The notes under the pieces: model-generated | Seen by the model: only the letters and a program-made list of their open reading frames with translations | Database searches by the model: none | What the model was told of the DNA's origin: nothing | NCBI GenBank assembly: GCA_963750165.1 | Contig: CAVVPN010000003.1 | Span: 2,304,001-2,368,000 of the forward strand | Direction of reading: 5' to 3' | DNA: 64,000 nucleotides | DNA from: an uncultured Gemmataceae bacterium | Lineage (GTDB): Bacteria; Planctomycetota; Planctomycetia; Gemmatales; Gemmataceae | Part shown: one piece after another, positions 34,851 to 44,672 of the stretch | Layout of the letters: each line of letters starts with the position of its first letter | Position numbering within the stretch: position 1 is the first letter of the stretch | Position numbers and translations under genes: made by a program

Positions 34851-35160
34851 CGATCATGCGCCTCCACAAGCAGCGCATCAACGGTTGCCATTCCCGCACA
34901 GGTTGAACGATGAAGGGCTGAAACTGAAATTGCTCTCGGCCGAACAGATACCCTTCGTCGAGGGTCGCGAACAGGCCGATCAGTTCGTCCCCCTTGATAA
35001 GGACCCACTTGCCTTCATGCCCTTGCTCCAGCAGCCGCGGCAGTTCCCGGCGGAACGTTTGGCATTCGCGATAAATGGAGCTGTCGGCCGGGACTTCGGG
35101 CATCTGGGTGTAGTGAATCGTGGCTAGACTGTCCAGCAATTCTTGCGGCTTCATCCTCAT
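34837..35160 (-). CDS. DUF5678-like small protein
   Basis: FRRELPRLLEQGHEGKWVLIKGDELIGLFATLDEG..PFIVQPV; overlaps the protease start. Confidence 0.7.
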   Translation of the reverse strand: MRMKPQELLDSLATIHYTQMPEVPADSSIYRECQTFRRELPRLLEQGHEGKWVLIKGDELIGLFATLDEGYLFGREQFQFQPFIVQPVREWQPLMRCLWRRMIDAAQ

Positions 35161-35377
35161 CCCCTCCTTTCGGTTGGAAAGGATACCCGTTACCCCGGCC
35201 CCGTGTCAGCGCGAACCGCGCGGCCAGCTGCCGCAGACAAGATGCCGCGAAACGGCCGCGCCCGCGATTTCTTGCTTCCCTCCGCGGCCGCGCCCCGGCC
35301 ACAATACACCTTCCCCAGCGCCAGGCCGTCCGCCCGCCGCCGGGGCCATCGTTCCCCATCCGCTTCGGAGGTCGCCA

Positions 35378-36529
35378 ATGTCCACGTACCCCCGGTTCGC
35401 CCTGCCCCTGCTCCTGCTGGCGCTGCTGCCGCTGTCGGCCGCCGTGCCGCAGGAGAAGCCCAAGCCGCCGCAGCCGCCCGCCAAAGCGACACCTGGCGCG
35501 CTCGTGCAGGAGTCCGTCAAGAGCCTGCTCGCCCTGCAGGACGACGACGGCGCCTGGTCCTACGAGGGCGTCTACCGCGTCAACAAGGACCTGCCGGTCG
35601 GCTACCGCGTCGGCGGCACCGCGGCGGTCGGCTCCACGCTCCTGGTCGCGGCGCCCAACGACGAGAAGGCCCGCGCCGCCGTCCGCAAGGGTTTGGCCCA
35701 CGTCCTCAAGCACCTCAACCACCCGCTCATGCAGCCGAGCACCGAGAACAGGTACGACGTGCGCGTCTGGGGCCACGCCTGCGCCCTGGAGTTCCTCTGT
35801 CACGTCCGCGCCGCCAAGTGTGCCGGCGATCACGCCAAGCAGGTGGATGCGTGGGTGCCGAAGTTGATCGCGGCGCTGGTCACGGAGGAAATCCCCGGCG
35901 GCGGTTGGAACTACGCCAACCGGCGGGCGCACGCCACGTTCGTCACGGCGCCGGTGGCGCAGGCGCTGCTGCTGGCCCGCGGCCAGGGCGAAAAGGTGCC
36001 CGACGAGGTGCTGCGGCGCGCCCGCAAGGTGCTGGAGGAGAGCAGGACGAAGGACGGGGCGTTCCTGTACGGCGGCACGCTGGTCGGCAACGACAAGGCG
36101 GCGAAGTCGAAGATCAACCTGCTGCCCGGCTCCATCGCCCGCTCGGCGGTGTGCGAGACGACGCTGACGCTGCTCGGCGGCGGCTCCGTAGAGAACGTCC
36201 GCGGCGCGGTGGCGGCGTTCCACCAGCACTGGCAGGAACTGGAGAAGCGCCGCCAGAAGCCGGGCACGCACGTCGGCGATTACCTGATCGCGCCGTACTT
36301 CTTCTATTACGGCCACCGCTACTGCGCCCAGGCCATCCAGATGTTGCCGGAGAAGGAGCGCGCGGCGGAGCGCGAGCGGCTGCTGGCGTTGATCCTCAAG
36401 ACGCGCGACGCCGACGGCACCTGGAACGACCGCGTGTTCCCGCGCTCGCGCGGCTACTGCAGCGCGATGGTCGTGCTAGCCCTGCTCGGCGACCAGGCGC
36501 CGCTGCCGCCGGCGTTTGCGAAGAAGTAA
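35378..36529 (+). CDS. secreted prenyltransferase/squalene-oxidase-repeat (alpha/alpha toroid) protein
   Basis: signal peptide; LALQDDDGAWSY, GGGWNY, DGAFLY, YFFYYGHRYCAQA, RDADGTWND. Confidence 0.75.
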   Translation: MSTYPRFALPLLLLALLPLSAAVPQEKPKPPQPPAKATPGALVQESVKSLLALQDDDGAWSYEGVYRVNKDLPVGYRVGGTAAVGSTLLVAAPNDEKARAAVRKGLAHVLKHLNHPLMQPSTENRYDVRVWGHACALEFLCHVRAAKCAGDHAKQVDAWVPKLIAALVTEEIPGGGWNYANRRAHATFVTAPVAQALLLARGQGEKVPDEVLRRARKVLEESRTKDGAFLYGGTLVGNDKAAKSKINLLPGSIARSAVCETTLTLLGGGSVENVRGAVAAFHQHWQELEKRRQKPGTHVGDYLIAPYFFYYGHRYCAQAIQMLPEKERAAERERLLALILKTRDADGTWNDRVFPRSRGYCSAMVVLALLGDQAPLPPAFAKK

Positions 36530-36536
36530 TTTGGGA

Positions 36537-36604
36537 GGCGAGCGGCGCGGCGTCAGCCCGCCGGTAACTCAAACTACCGGCGGGCTAACGCTGCGCCGCT
36601 CGCC
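36537..36604. repeat. REP-like palindrome, family A
   Basis: ggcgagcggcgcggcgtcagcccgccggta...taccggcgggctaacgctgcgccgctcgcc. Confidence 0.8.
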
Positions 36605-36617
36605 GGAAATTCGAGCA

Positions 36618-36890
36618 ATGGACCCCCTCGTCTTCATCCCGCCGCCGCTCCGCGCCCTGACCGGCGGCCTCGACTCCCTGCGCGCGCCCGGTGCCACCGT
36701 CGGCGCGGTCATCGACGCCCTGGAATCGCGCTTCCCCGGTATGCGCGCCCGGTTGTGCGACGGCGACCGGCTGCGGCCCGGCGTCGCGGTGGCGGTCGGC
36801 ACGGAACTGGCCACGCTGGGACTACTGCAACCCGTGCCGTCGGGGAGCGAAATCCATTTTTTGCCGGCGATCAGCGGTGGATCGTCTTGA
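36618..36890 (+). CDS. MoaD/ThiS family sulfur carrier protein
   Basis: VFIPPPLRALTGG..GATVGAVIDALESRFPG..EIHFLPAISGGSS. Confidence 0.85.
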   Translation: MDPLVFIPPPLRALTGGLDSLRAPGATVGAVIDALESRFPGMRARLCDGDRLRPGVAVAVGTELATLGLLQPVPSGSEIHFLPAISGGSS

Positions 36891-36914
36891 CGAAGGGTGG
36901 AAAAAGAAGATACT

Positions 36915-37050
36915 ATAAAAAGAGGTGACGGCACGAGGTTTAGCTGGGACTCGCAAACCAGCCAATCCTCGTGCCGACATTGGAAGGGTGTGTAGGCAGG
37001 ATATTTCTTGGATGTAATGAGTGGGACTCGCAAACCACTCATCACGTTTC
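36915..37050 (-). ncRNA. candidate small RNA with two stem-loops sharing the loop UUUGCGAGUC, followed by a U-tract
   Basis: tgggactcgcaaacca is repeated at 36945-36960 and 37022-37037, each closing a different stem; one mismatch per stem becomes G-U only on the minus strand; T-run follows on the minus strand. Confidence 0.5.
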
Positions 37051-37539
37051 TTGACAAAAGCAACGTCTGTGCCAACCCTTTTCTCAATCCCACTCTTTCA
37101 CTCCTTTTCTCCTTAACCAACTTATCTGTAATCACTTGCGATTCGCTTTTTTCTGCATCTTGTGCGGCCTGTGCGATTTCGCGTCGCCTCCGAGGCGGTG
37201 ACTGGGCTGTTTTGCAACAGTTCGTTGCGCGATTCTGCCCAGGCTGGCGCATTTTGAACCACGGCGGTAGAACTGCGCTGCGAACAGCGGATCAGAGCAA
37301 CCGAATGTGATCGTCTGATCAGGAACGTTCCTGACTGGCGTCTGCTCCGACTGGAGTTGCCGGGTGCGAGGTTGTGAATAGGGAATGAGCGCGTCCCCTG
37401 GGACAGTCAGGGGGTGTGTGAAATGAAACGAGAGGAAAACCCTCCCTGGCACTCCCTTCATTATACCGTCCAGCCCGCTTTCAGGGAACGGCCCTGGTGT
37501 CACCTGGCCGCGGATGCCGTGCATCGCTATCCTCGCGAT

Positions 37540-38480
37540 ATGTCCTCCGCCATTCTGCCCCCGGCTCAGACGCCGACCTGCTCGCAACCCGGCGGCGGCT
37601 TCTGCGCCAACCTCGAACTGGCCTGGGGCCGCGTCCGCCGCGCTTGCCTGCGCCGACTCTTTCCCGGCTACGTCCGCCGCATGGTCGAGCTGCGCCAGGG
37701 CGACTGCCCCGATTGTCCGCACGACATCATCGACAGCCGCGATCTCAAGTACGCCCGACCGGCGTGCGGCTTCTGGTTCCGCGCCCGGGACGACCGCTTC
37801 GCCTGGCGCGACCGCCTCGGCGTCGCCCGCGCCGGCCTGGCCGAACTGCTCCTGTTCAGCCTGGCGGCGCTCGTGCTCGCCGGTGGCCTGACCGCGGCGG
37901 CACTGCTGATCCACTGGGCCTTCTGGCTGCCGCTGGCGGTGGTCGCGCTCGGCTGGCTGGGGATCGCCTGGTTCTTCCGCGACCCCGAACGCACCATCCC
38001 CGACGACGCCGCGGCCCTGCTCAGCCCCGCCGACGGCACCGTCACCCATGTCGAGGAGGTCGCGGAACCTGACTTCCCCGGCGGCCGAGCCCTGCGCGTC
38101 AGCATTTTCCTGTCCATCTTCAACGTCCACGTCAACCGGGTGCCGCGCATCAGCCGCGTGGTGCGCGTCCGCTACTTCCCGGCGCTTTCCTGGACGCCCG
38201 TAACCCCGACAGCGCGCGCCGCAACGAGCAGCTGTGGCTCGACCTGGAGGAGCCCGACGGCCGGCCGCTGCGCGTCAAGCAGATCGCCGGCGCCGTCGCC
38301 CGCCGCATCGTTTGCTGGCTCAAGGCCGGCGACACCCTGGAGGCCGGCCAGCGCTTCGGCATGATTAAGCTCGGCTCGCGCACCGACCTGCTGCTGCCCG
38401 CTGGTGACGCCCGCGACCTGCGCGTCCACGTTGGCGATCGGGTCCGCGGCGGCAGCACCGTCCTGCTGTACTTCCGCTGA
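37540..38480 (+). CDS. psd: phosphatidylserine decarboxylase proenzyme; frameshift near 38185
   Basis: WFFRDPER, LSPADGTV, SIFLSIFNVHVNRVP, QIAGAVARRIVC, FGMIKLGSRTDL (self-cleavage GS). Confidence 0.88.
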
Positions 38481-38779
38481 GCCATCGATGCCGGTCGTGC
38501 CACCGGAGCAACCATTAAAATTTACTTATTTTCCCAAACCCGCTTGCTTCCGAGCGAGCGCTGCTTTACGATCTTTTCCATTCGATCAGCACTCCTCCTC
38601 GCCCCGTTCGGCGGTCTCTCCCATTGGGCCCGATCCGAACATCCCCAGGTACGTCGCCCACGGAATGGCGACCAGACCAATTACCACAGGAAAATCTTCC
38701 CAGTCGGCTCCGGTTGCCGGCAAACGGTGTCTACATCCTTATCTATCTGGATTCTTGCGATCTCTGGGAGGCTGTTCTC

Positions 38780-41700
38780 ATGGCCCTGTCCTCGTTCCTG
38801 CGAAAATGGTTCCGCCGGTCGCCGCAACGGCCGCTGCGGCGCGTGCTCACCGTGGAGACGCTCGAAGACCGGTGCGTGCCGGCGCTGGTGCCCGGCATCG
38901 GCGTGTTCGACGCCGCCACCACCACCTGGTATCTGCGCAACAGCACCACCTCCGGCCCCGCCACGGTGACGCCCTTCCAGTTCGGCGGGAAGGGCTGGGA
39001 CGCCGTCATGGGCGACTGGAACGGCGATGGCGTCAAGACCATCGGCGTCTTCGATCCGAGCACCGGCACCTGGTATCTGCGCAACAGCAACACTCCCGGC
39101 CCGGCCGACGCTGGCATCATTCAGTTCGGCGGCGACGGCTGGATACCGGTCGTCGGCGACTGGACCGGCCAGGGCAAGGACACCATCGGCGTCTTCGACC
39201 CCAGCACCGCCACCTGGTATCTGCGCAACAGCAACACCCCCGGCGCTGCCGACATCAAGTTCCAGTACGGCGGCCAGCACTGGGTTCCGGTGGTGGGCGA
39301 CTGGAACGGCGCCGGCAAAACCACCGTGGGCGTCTTCGATCCGGGCGACGCCGTCTGGTATCTGCGCAACAGCAACAGCGCCGGCGCCCCGGACTACCAG
39401 CCGTTCCGCTACGGCGTGGCCGGCTGGACGCCCGTCGTCGGCGACTGGGACGGTGATGGCACGGACACGATCGGCGTTTATGACAATCTCGGCGAGTGGT
39501 ATCTCCGCAACAGCAACAGCGGCGGCACCCCGGACCGGACGCCGTTCTCCTATGGCGTCGGTTCCTGGCAGCCGGTGTTCACCGAGTTGCCCGCGACCGA
39601 CACGAACGCCAACCTGGGCTCGGGGAGCGGCAAGGGCACCACGGACACCACGGGCACCACGGGCACCACGGGCACCGGTTCGACGACCACCTCGACGGGA
39701 ACGACCGACCCCACGACCGACCCCGGCACGAGCGCTGGCACTGACGGCACGACCGGCACCACGACCGGCACCGGCAACACCAGCGGGACCACCGGCCCCG
39801 CGGCGCCCGTGGCCGCGACCCTGACCCTGAGCGTGCCGACGACGGCGACGGTCGGCAGCAGCGACCCGTTGACCGTGACAGCGACGCCGAACGACGGCCC
39901 CGGCTTCACGGGCACCTTCACCATCGACGTGGACCTGAGCCACGACGGTCACTTCGACGCGCCGGCGCTCTGGGCTTCACCCAGGGCATCCTCAATCTGA
40001 GCACCAACGTCGGCCAGACGAACCTGTTCGGACTGCCCGCTGGCACCTACCAGGTCCGCGCCGAGGCCACCCAGGTGGACGGCACCACACTCGTCAGCGC
40101 CCCGGTCAGAATCACCATCTCGCCCCCGGCGCCGGCCATGACGCTGCCCACGTACTTCGAGCCCAACCTGGGCCAGTTCGACGAACCGGCCCTTCTCTAC
40201 CTGATGCGCAACCAGGGCTACGACTCCGCCATCACCGCCACCGGCGCCGTCTTCTCCGGCCCGGCCCAGGACCCGAGCAACCCGCAGGGCGCTCCCATCA
40301 ACCTGTCGGTACAGATGCAGTTGCTCGGCAGCAAGGTCAGCAGTTCCGCGTTCAGCGGCCAGCAAACGCTGGCCAGCACCAGCAACTACTTCCTCGGCAA
40401 CGATCCGTCAACGTGGCGCAGCAACGTGCCCAACTACGGCCAGGTGCTCGAGCAGAACGCCTACCAGGGCATCAACGTCCTGTACCAGGGCGACAACGGC
40501 CAGCTGCGCTTCAGCTTCACCGTGGCGCCCGGGGCCGACCCCAACCAGATTCTGATGACTTACCCAGGCGCGTCCGTCAGCATCGATGACCAGGGCAATC
40601 TGGTGCTGACCACGGCCAACGGCACCGTTACGCAGGGCGCCCCGGCCGCCTACCAGACCATCAACGGCGTCCAGGTGGCGGTCAAGGTCGATTACCAGTT
40701 GACCGGCTCCGCCGTCAGCTTCCATCTTGGCGGCTACGACCCCACCCATGCGCTGGTCATCGACCCGCCGCTCATCTTCTCGACCTACCTGGGCGGCACT
40801 GGCAGCGACACCGGCCAGAAGATTCGCGTCAACACCCTCGGCGAGGTCATCGTCGTCGGCCACACCAGCTCGACCAACTTCCCGATCGTCGCCCCGGCGG
40901 CCCAGTCGAACAATCGCGGCGGCAACGACATCTTCGTCACCATCATGAACAACTCCGGCACGGCGCTGATCGCCTCGACCTACCTGGGCGGCAGCGGCGA
41001 CGACGAGCCGGAGGCGCTGACGCTGGACACCAACAACAACATTTACATCGGCGGCTACACCACGTCCAACAACCTGCCCGTCATCATGAACGCCTACCAG
41101 ACCACCGCCGGGGGCGGCAAGGACGGCTTCTTCATGCGGCTGAGCCCCGGCGGCAATTCGCTCCTGTATTCCAGTTACTTCGGCAGCACCAAGGACGAGC
41201 AGATCAACGGCATTGGCCTGGACGGGGTCGGCAACATCTACGTGGATGGCTGGACGCAGTCGGCGAACCTGCCCACGAGCATGGGCGCCTACCAGACCAC
41301 GTTCCAGTCGGCCGGCCCGCCGATCCTGGACGACGCCTTCGTCGCCAAGTTCACTGTCGGCCCCACCAGCACCACACTGGACTACTCCACCTTCCTCGGC
41401 GGCAACGGCGATGACGAGGCCAACAACCTGGTCGTGGACGCGAACGGCAACGCCTACGTCGTGGGCCAGACCAAATCCACCAACTTCCCGGTGACGGGCG
41501 GCGCCTTCCGGGCCACCAACGCCGGCAATAACGACGTGTTCATTACCAAACTGAACCCCACCGGCACGGGGCTCGTGTGGTCCACGCTGTACGGCGGTCC
41601 CACCGACGACATCGCTTCCGGCGAGGCCGTCGATTCCGCCGGCGACGTGTACTTCTCGGGGCGGACGGGCGGCACCAACGCCGGCCTGCCGGTCAGCCCG

Positions 41701-42705
41701 GGGGCGCCGGGGCTCTCGGCCATCGGCTTCTTCGGCAACGCCTTCATCGCCAAGATGAACGCGACCGGCACCGCGCTGATCTTCTCGACCTACTTCTGCG
41801 GCAACAACGACCAGGCGCTGTTAGACCTCACCCTCGACACCCAGGGGAACGTGTACGCGACCGGCTGGGAGGATTCGGACTCGGAACTCAGCTTCGTCAA
41901 CCCCATCCAGGTCAACAACGGCACCTTCGCCAGCGCTGACGCTGTCATTGTCGCCTACAACGCCACCGGCACGGGCATCGCCTTCTCGACGCCGATCGGC
42001 GGCACCATGGACGAGCACGGCAACGGCATCGCCATCGACAACCAGGGCGGCATCTACATCACCGGCTACACGAAGTCCACGAACTTCCCCATCCATAGTT
42101 CGGTGGTGGGCACCGCGGTAGTGCAGTCCGTCAGCAATGGCGGCGGCCAGGACGCATTCGTCACCAAGGTCGGCACGGTGGGCCTGTTCCCGCCGCCGCC
42201 GCCCGCCGGCGGCGGCGGTAGCAGTGGTACCGGCGGCGGTGGCACCGGTGGTGGTGGCGGTGGTGGCGGTGGCGGCGGTGGCGGCGCTGGCGGTGCCGCG
42301 CTCAGCGCGGTCCCCGAGGACCGCTTCGAGAACAACGACACCTCGGACGTCGCGTCCCAGATGGGCACGATGACCGCGGGCACGCAGTCGTACACGAACC
42401 TGACCCTCACCCAGCACTTTGATGGGACGTTCGACCAGGACTGGTACAGCTGGACCGCGGGCGCCAGCGGCACGCTGACCGCGACGCTGAGCAACATCCA
42501 GGCTGGCGGCGGTACGTTTGAAGTGGAGGTGTGGAAATTGAACAGCAATAACACGCTGTCGCAGATCGGCACGACAGGGGCCACCCCCGGCGCCACGACC
42601 GAGGTGGCGACCGCCCCGGTCACGGCTGGCGAAACCGTGTTCATCTACGTGTTCAGCCCCGTTTTCTCCACGGGCAGTTACGCACTGGATACCAACCTGA
42701 CGTGA
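38780..42705 (+). CDS. large secreted/surface protein: planctomycete LEDR signal, FG-GAP-like repeats, Thr/Gly linker, SBBP beta-propeller repeats, Gly linker, PPC-like C-terminus; frameshift near 39970
   Basis: LTVETLEDRCVPA; five GVFD..TWYLRNSN..GDW.G.G repeats; YFEPNLGQ, SNYFLGNDPSTWRSNVP, LVIDPPLIFSTYLGG, repeated YSTYLGG..D..VD..GN.YV.G.T.S.NFP. Confidence 0.8.
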
Positions 42706-42822
42706 GCCGGTGGGCAGCCTGACCATCGGACCAACGAGCAACCCCGTTTACGGTTCGCGCCGGGAAGCGCGAATCATAAACGGGGTTGTTTCGTGGTACA
42801 GGCGGCTCGCCTGACCACGACG

Positions 42823-44040
42823 TCAGAAGGCGATCTGCACTTCCACCATCGGCCCGTGGAAGAACACGCTGCCGGTGTGGGTGCCGGTGCCGTTTGGGTT
42901 GGAGAGGTTGAAGTCGATCTGTTGCGTCGATTCGGGCAAGTCCAGCAGCCACAGCGCCATGTAGCCGGCCCGCACCTTGATCTGGTCCCATAGCAGGAAG
43001 TCCGCGAACACGCCGAGTTCGTACACCTGGCTGAAGTACGTGCTGGTCCGGTGGCTGTCGAAGCCGACAAAGCCGTCGCCACGCTGCAGGGTGTAATTGC
43101 GGCTCATGAAGTCCGCGCCCCAGGCACCCTTACCGTTGATGCCCAGGGCGAAGCGCGACAGGATCGGGTAGGTGAACTCGAAGCCCAGCTGCGGGGCGAC
43201 GATGTTGTTGGTCACGTTCGAGCCGACGGTGGCGACCGATCTGGGGTTGCTCGGCGGGCGTACGATGCCGTCGTCGTCGGTCAAGACGGAGTAGTTATCC
43301 TGGAAATACACGTAGCGCACGCCGAACAGGAAATCGAACCCGGGCGACGTCGAGTAGCGGTAGTTGGCCTCACCGCTGCCGAGCTGCGATTTCAGCTGCT
43401 GCCGCACGATGTCGGACTGCAGCCACAGGTTGTTGGTGTTCTGGAAGCCGAGCGGCGCCGGGTTGACGCCGAACAGCACGTCGATACCGCCCGGCGAGAT
43501 GGTGCTGGCCGTCGAGGTCTGCTGGCCCACGTAAAAGCCGCTGATTTCAAAGGCGTTCTGCCCCTCGCGCCAGCCGGCGGCGGCGCGGACGCCGCCCGTC
43601 ATGCCGGGCTGGACGTTGTTGAAGTTGGCGATGACCGGCGAGCCGAGCGGCGCCTGGTTGCCGCTGTCGAAGTTGGCCGGCAGGCCCGCGATGTTGGAGC
43701 CGGGATCCTTGTAGGCCAGGACGCTGCTGTTCAGGCCCTGCCGCATCAGGCCCATGCCGCCGATGTGGACGTAGAAGCCCTGGCCGGCGCCGCAGCCGGG
43801 GCAGTCGTCGTCGAAGGCGTTCGGGCTGCCGTCGCGCTTGAGCGAGAAGGGCGAGTCGGGCTCCTGCGTGCCGGGGCCGGGCGCTGGGCAGAATTGTGGC
43901 CCGTCCATCGGCGCGGGGCTGTTGGCGAACGTGGGCGGATAGAAGGGCCCGCCGGCTCCGGGTGGCGGCGGCATCTGGGCCTGCGCCCCAGCCGCCAGGC
44001 CGAGCGTGATGAGCGTTGCCTGGATCCACCGCTTAATCAT
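42823..44040 (-). CDS. planctomycete outer-membrane beta-barrel protein (BBP7-like)
   Basis: signal peptide, Pro/Cys-rich N-region, amphipathic strands, C-terminal VFFHGPMVEVQIAF. Confidence 0.72.
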   Translation of the reverse strand: MIKRWIQATLITLGLAAGAQAQMPPPPGAGGPFYPPTFANSPAPMDGPQFCPAPGPGTQEPDSPFSLKRDGSPNAFDDDCPGCGAGQGFYVHIGGMGLMRQGLNSSVLAYKDPGSNIAGLPANFDSGNQAPLGSPVIANFNNVQPGMTGGVRAAAGWREGQNAFEISGFYVGQQTSTASTISPGGIDVLFGVNPAPLGFQNTNNLWLQSDIVRQQLKSQLGSGEANYRYSTSPGFDFLFGVRYVYFQDNYSVLTDDDGIVRPPSNPRSVATVGSNVTNNIVAPQLGFEFTYPILSRFALGINGKGAWGADFMSRNYTLQRGDGFVGFDSHRTSTYFSQVYELGVFADFLLWDQIKVRAGYMALWLLDLPESTQQIDFNLSNPNGTGTHTGSVFFHGPMVEVQIAF

Positions 44041-44409
44041 GATTCTTCCCCCTAAACATGCCGGGCGGCCGACCCCCCCTCGCGCGGGAGGCCCCTGCCG
44101 ATGGCGCGAGGCCGGCCGGCATGGCGATCGGTTTCGCGCTCGTTCCTCTTGCTACACCCATCGTCCCACAGGACCGGTACACTTGAGACTTTCGGTACAA
44201 TCGCGCCGTCCTGTACGACCGGCCCAGTCGTGGTAGACTGGTGAAACTGGGCAAGCGCTCCGAGCCGCCGGCAGCGTCGGCGCACCGCGCGGCACCGGCG
44301 CGGCCGGCGCGGCTGCGCCGGGAAATGGGTCGGAAGGGTTGCGGCCGGCCGCCAGCCGGGGTAGCCTCGGGGGAGTGCGGGGTATGTTTAGGAGGCTGGG
44401 TAGCCGAAG

Positions 44410-44625
44410 TCGTGAGACTTCGGTCTGAACTCCCTCGTTGTGGCACGGTCTCCTGACCGTGCCACCGGCTGTGACCTCCCTCGTTGTGGCACGGTCTCCT
44501 GACCGTGCCACCGGCTGTGACCGAAGGTCTCCTCTTTGTGAAACCAGGGGAGACCTTCGGTCGGGGGCCGTGGCTTGGTCCGGAGACCAAGCCACAACAG
44601 GGGAGACCAAGCCACAACAGGGTGG
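44410..44625. repeat. cluster of REP-like units (tandem ctccctcgttgtggcacggtctcctgaccgtgccaccggctgtgacc x2; ggagaccaagccacaacaggg x2)
   Basis: Direct and inverted repeats visible in the intergenic region. Confidence 0.8.
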
Positions 44626-44672
44626 GGTCTGAACTCGCACGAGTTCAGCTACCAATTACCGAGGAACGCACC

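Noticed and set aside
36929..37045. tRNA or c-di-GMP riboswitch
   Set aside because: No cloverleaf or CCA end, and no GNRA/receptor architecture that I can match; retained only as an unknown structured RNA candidate
38890..39580. tggtatctgcgcaacagcaac repeats spaced ~140 bp apart, CRISPR- or DGR-like at first sight
   Set aside because: They are in-frame protein repeats (WYLRNSN); no reverse transcriptase and no adenine-specific variation
42200..42300. (GGC/GGT)n microsatellite as a contingency locus
   Set aside because: Encodes an ordinary poly-Gly linker with mixed codons; triplet changes would not switch phase
44410..44625. Possible CRISPR array
   Set aside because: Only two adjacent copies of each unit, no unique spacers and no cas genes; fits REP clusters
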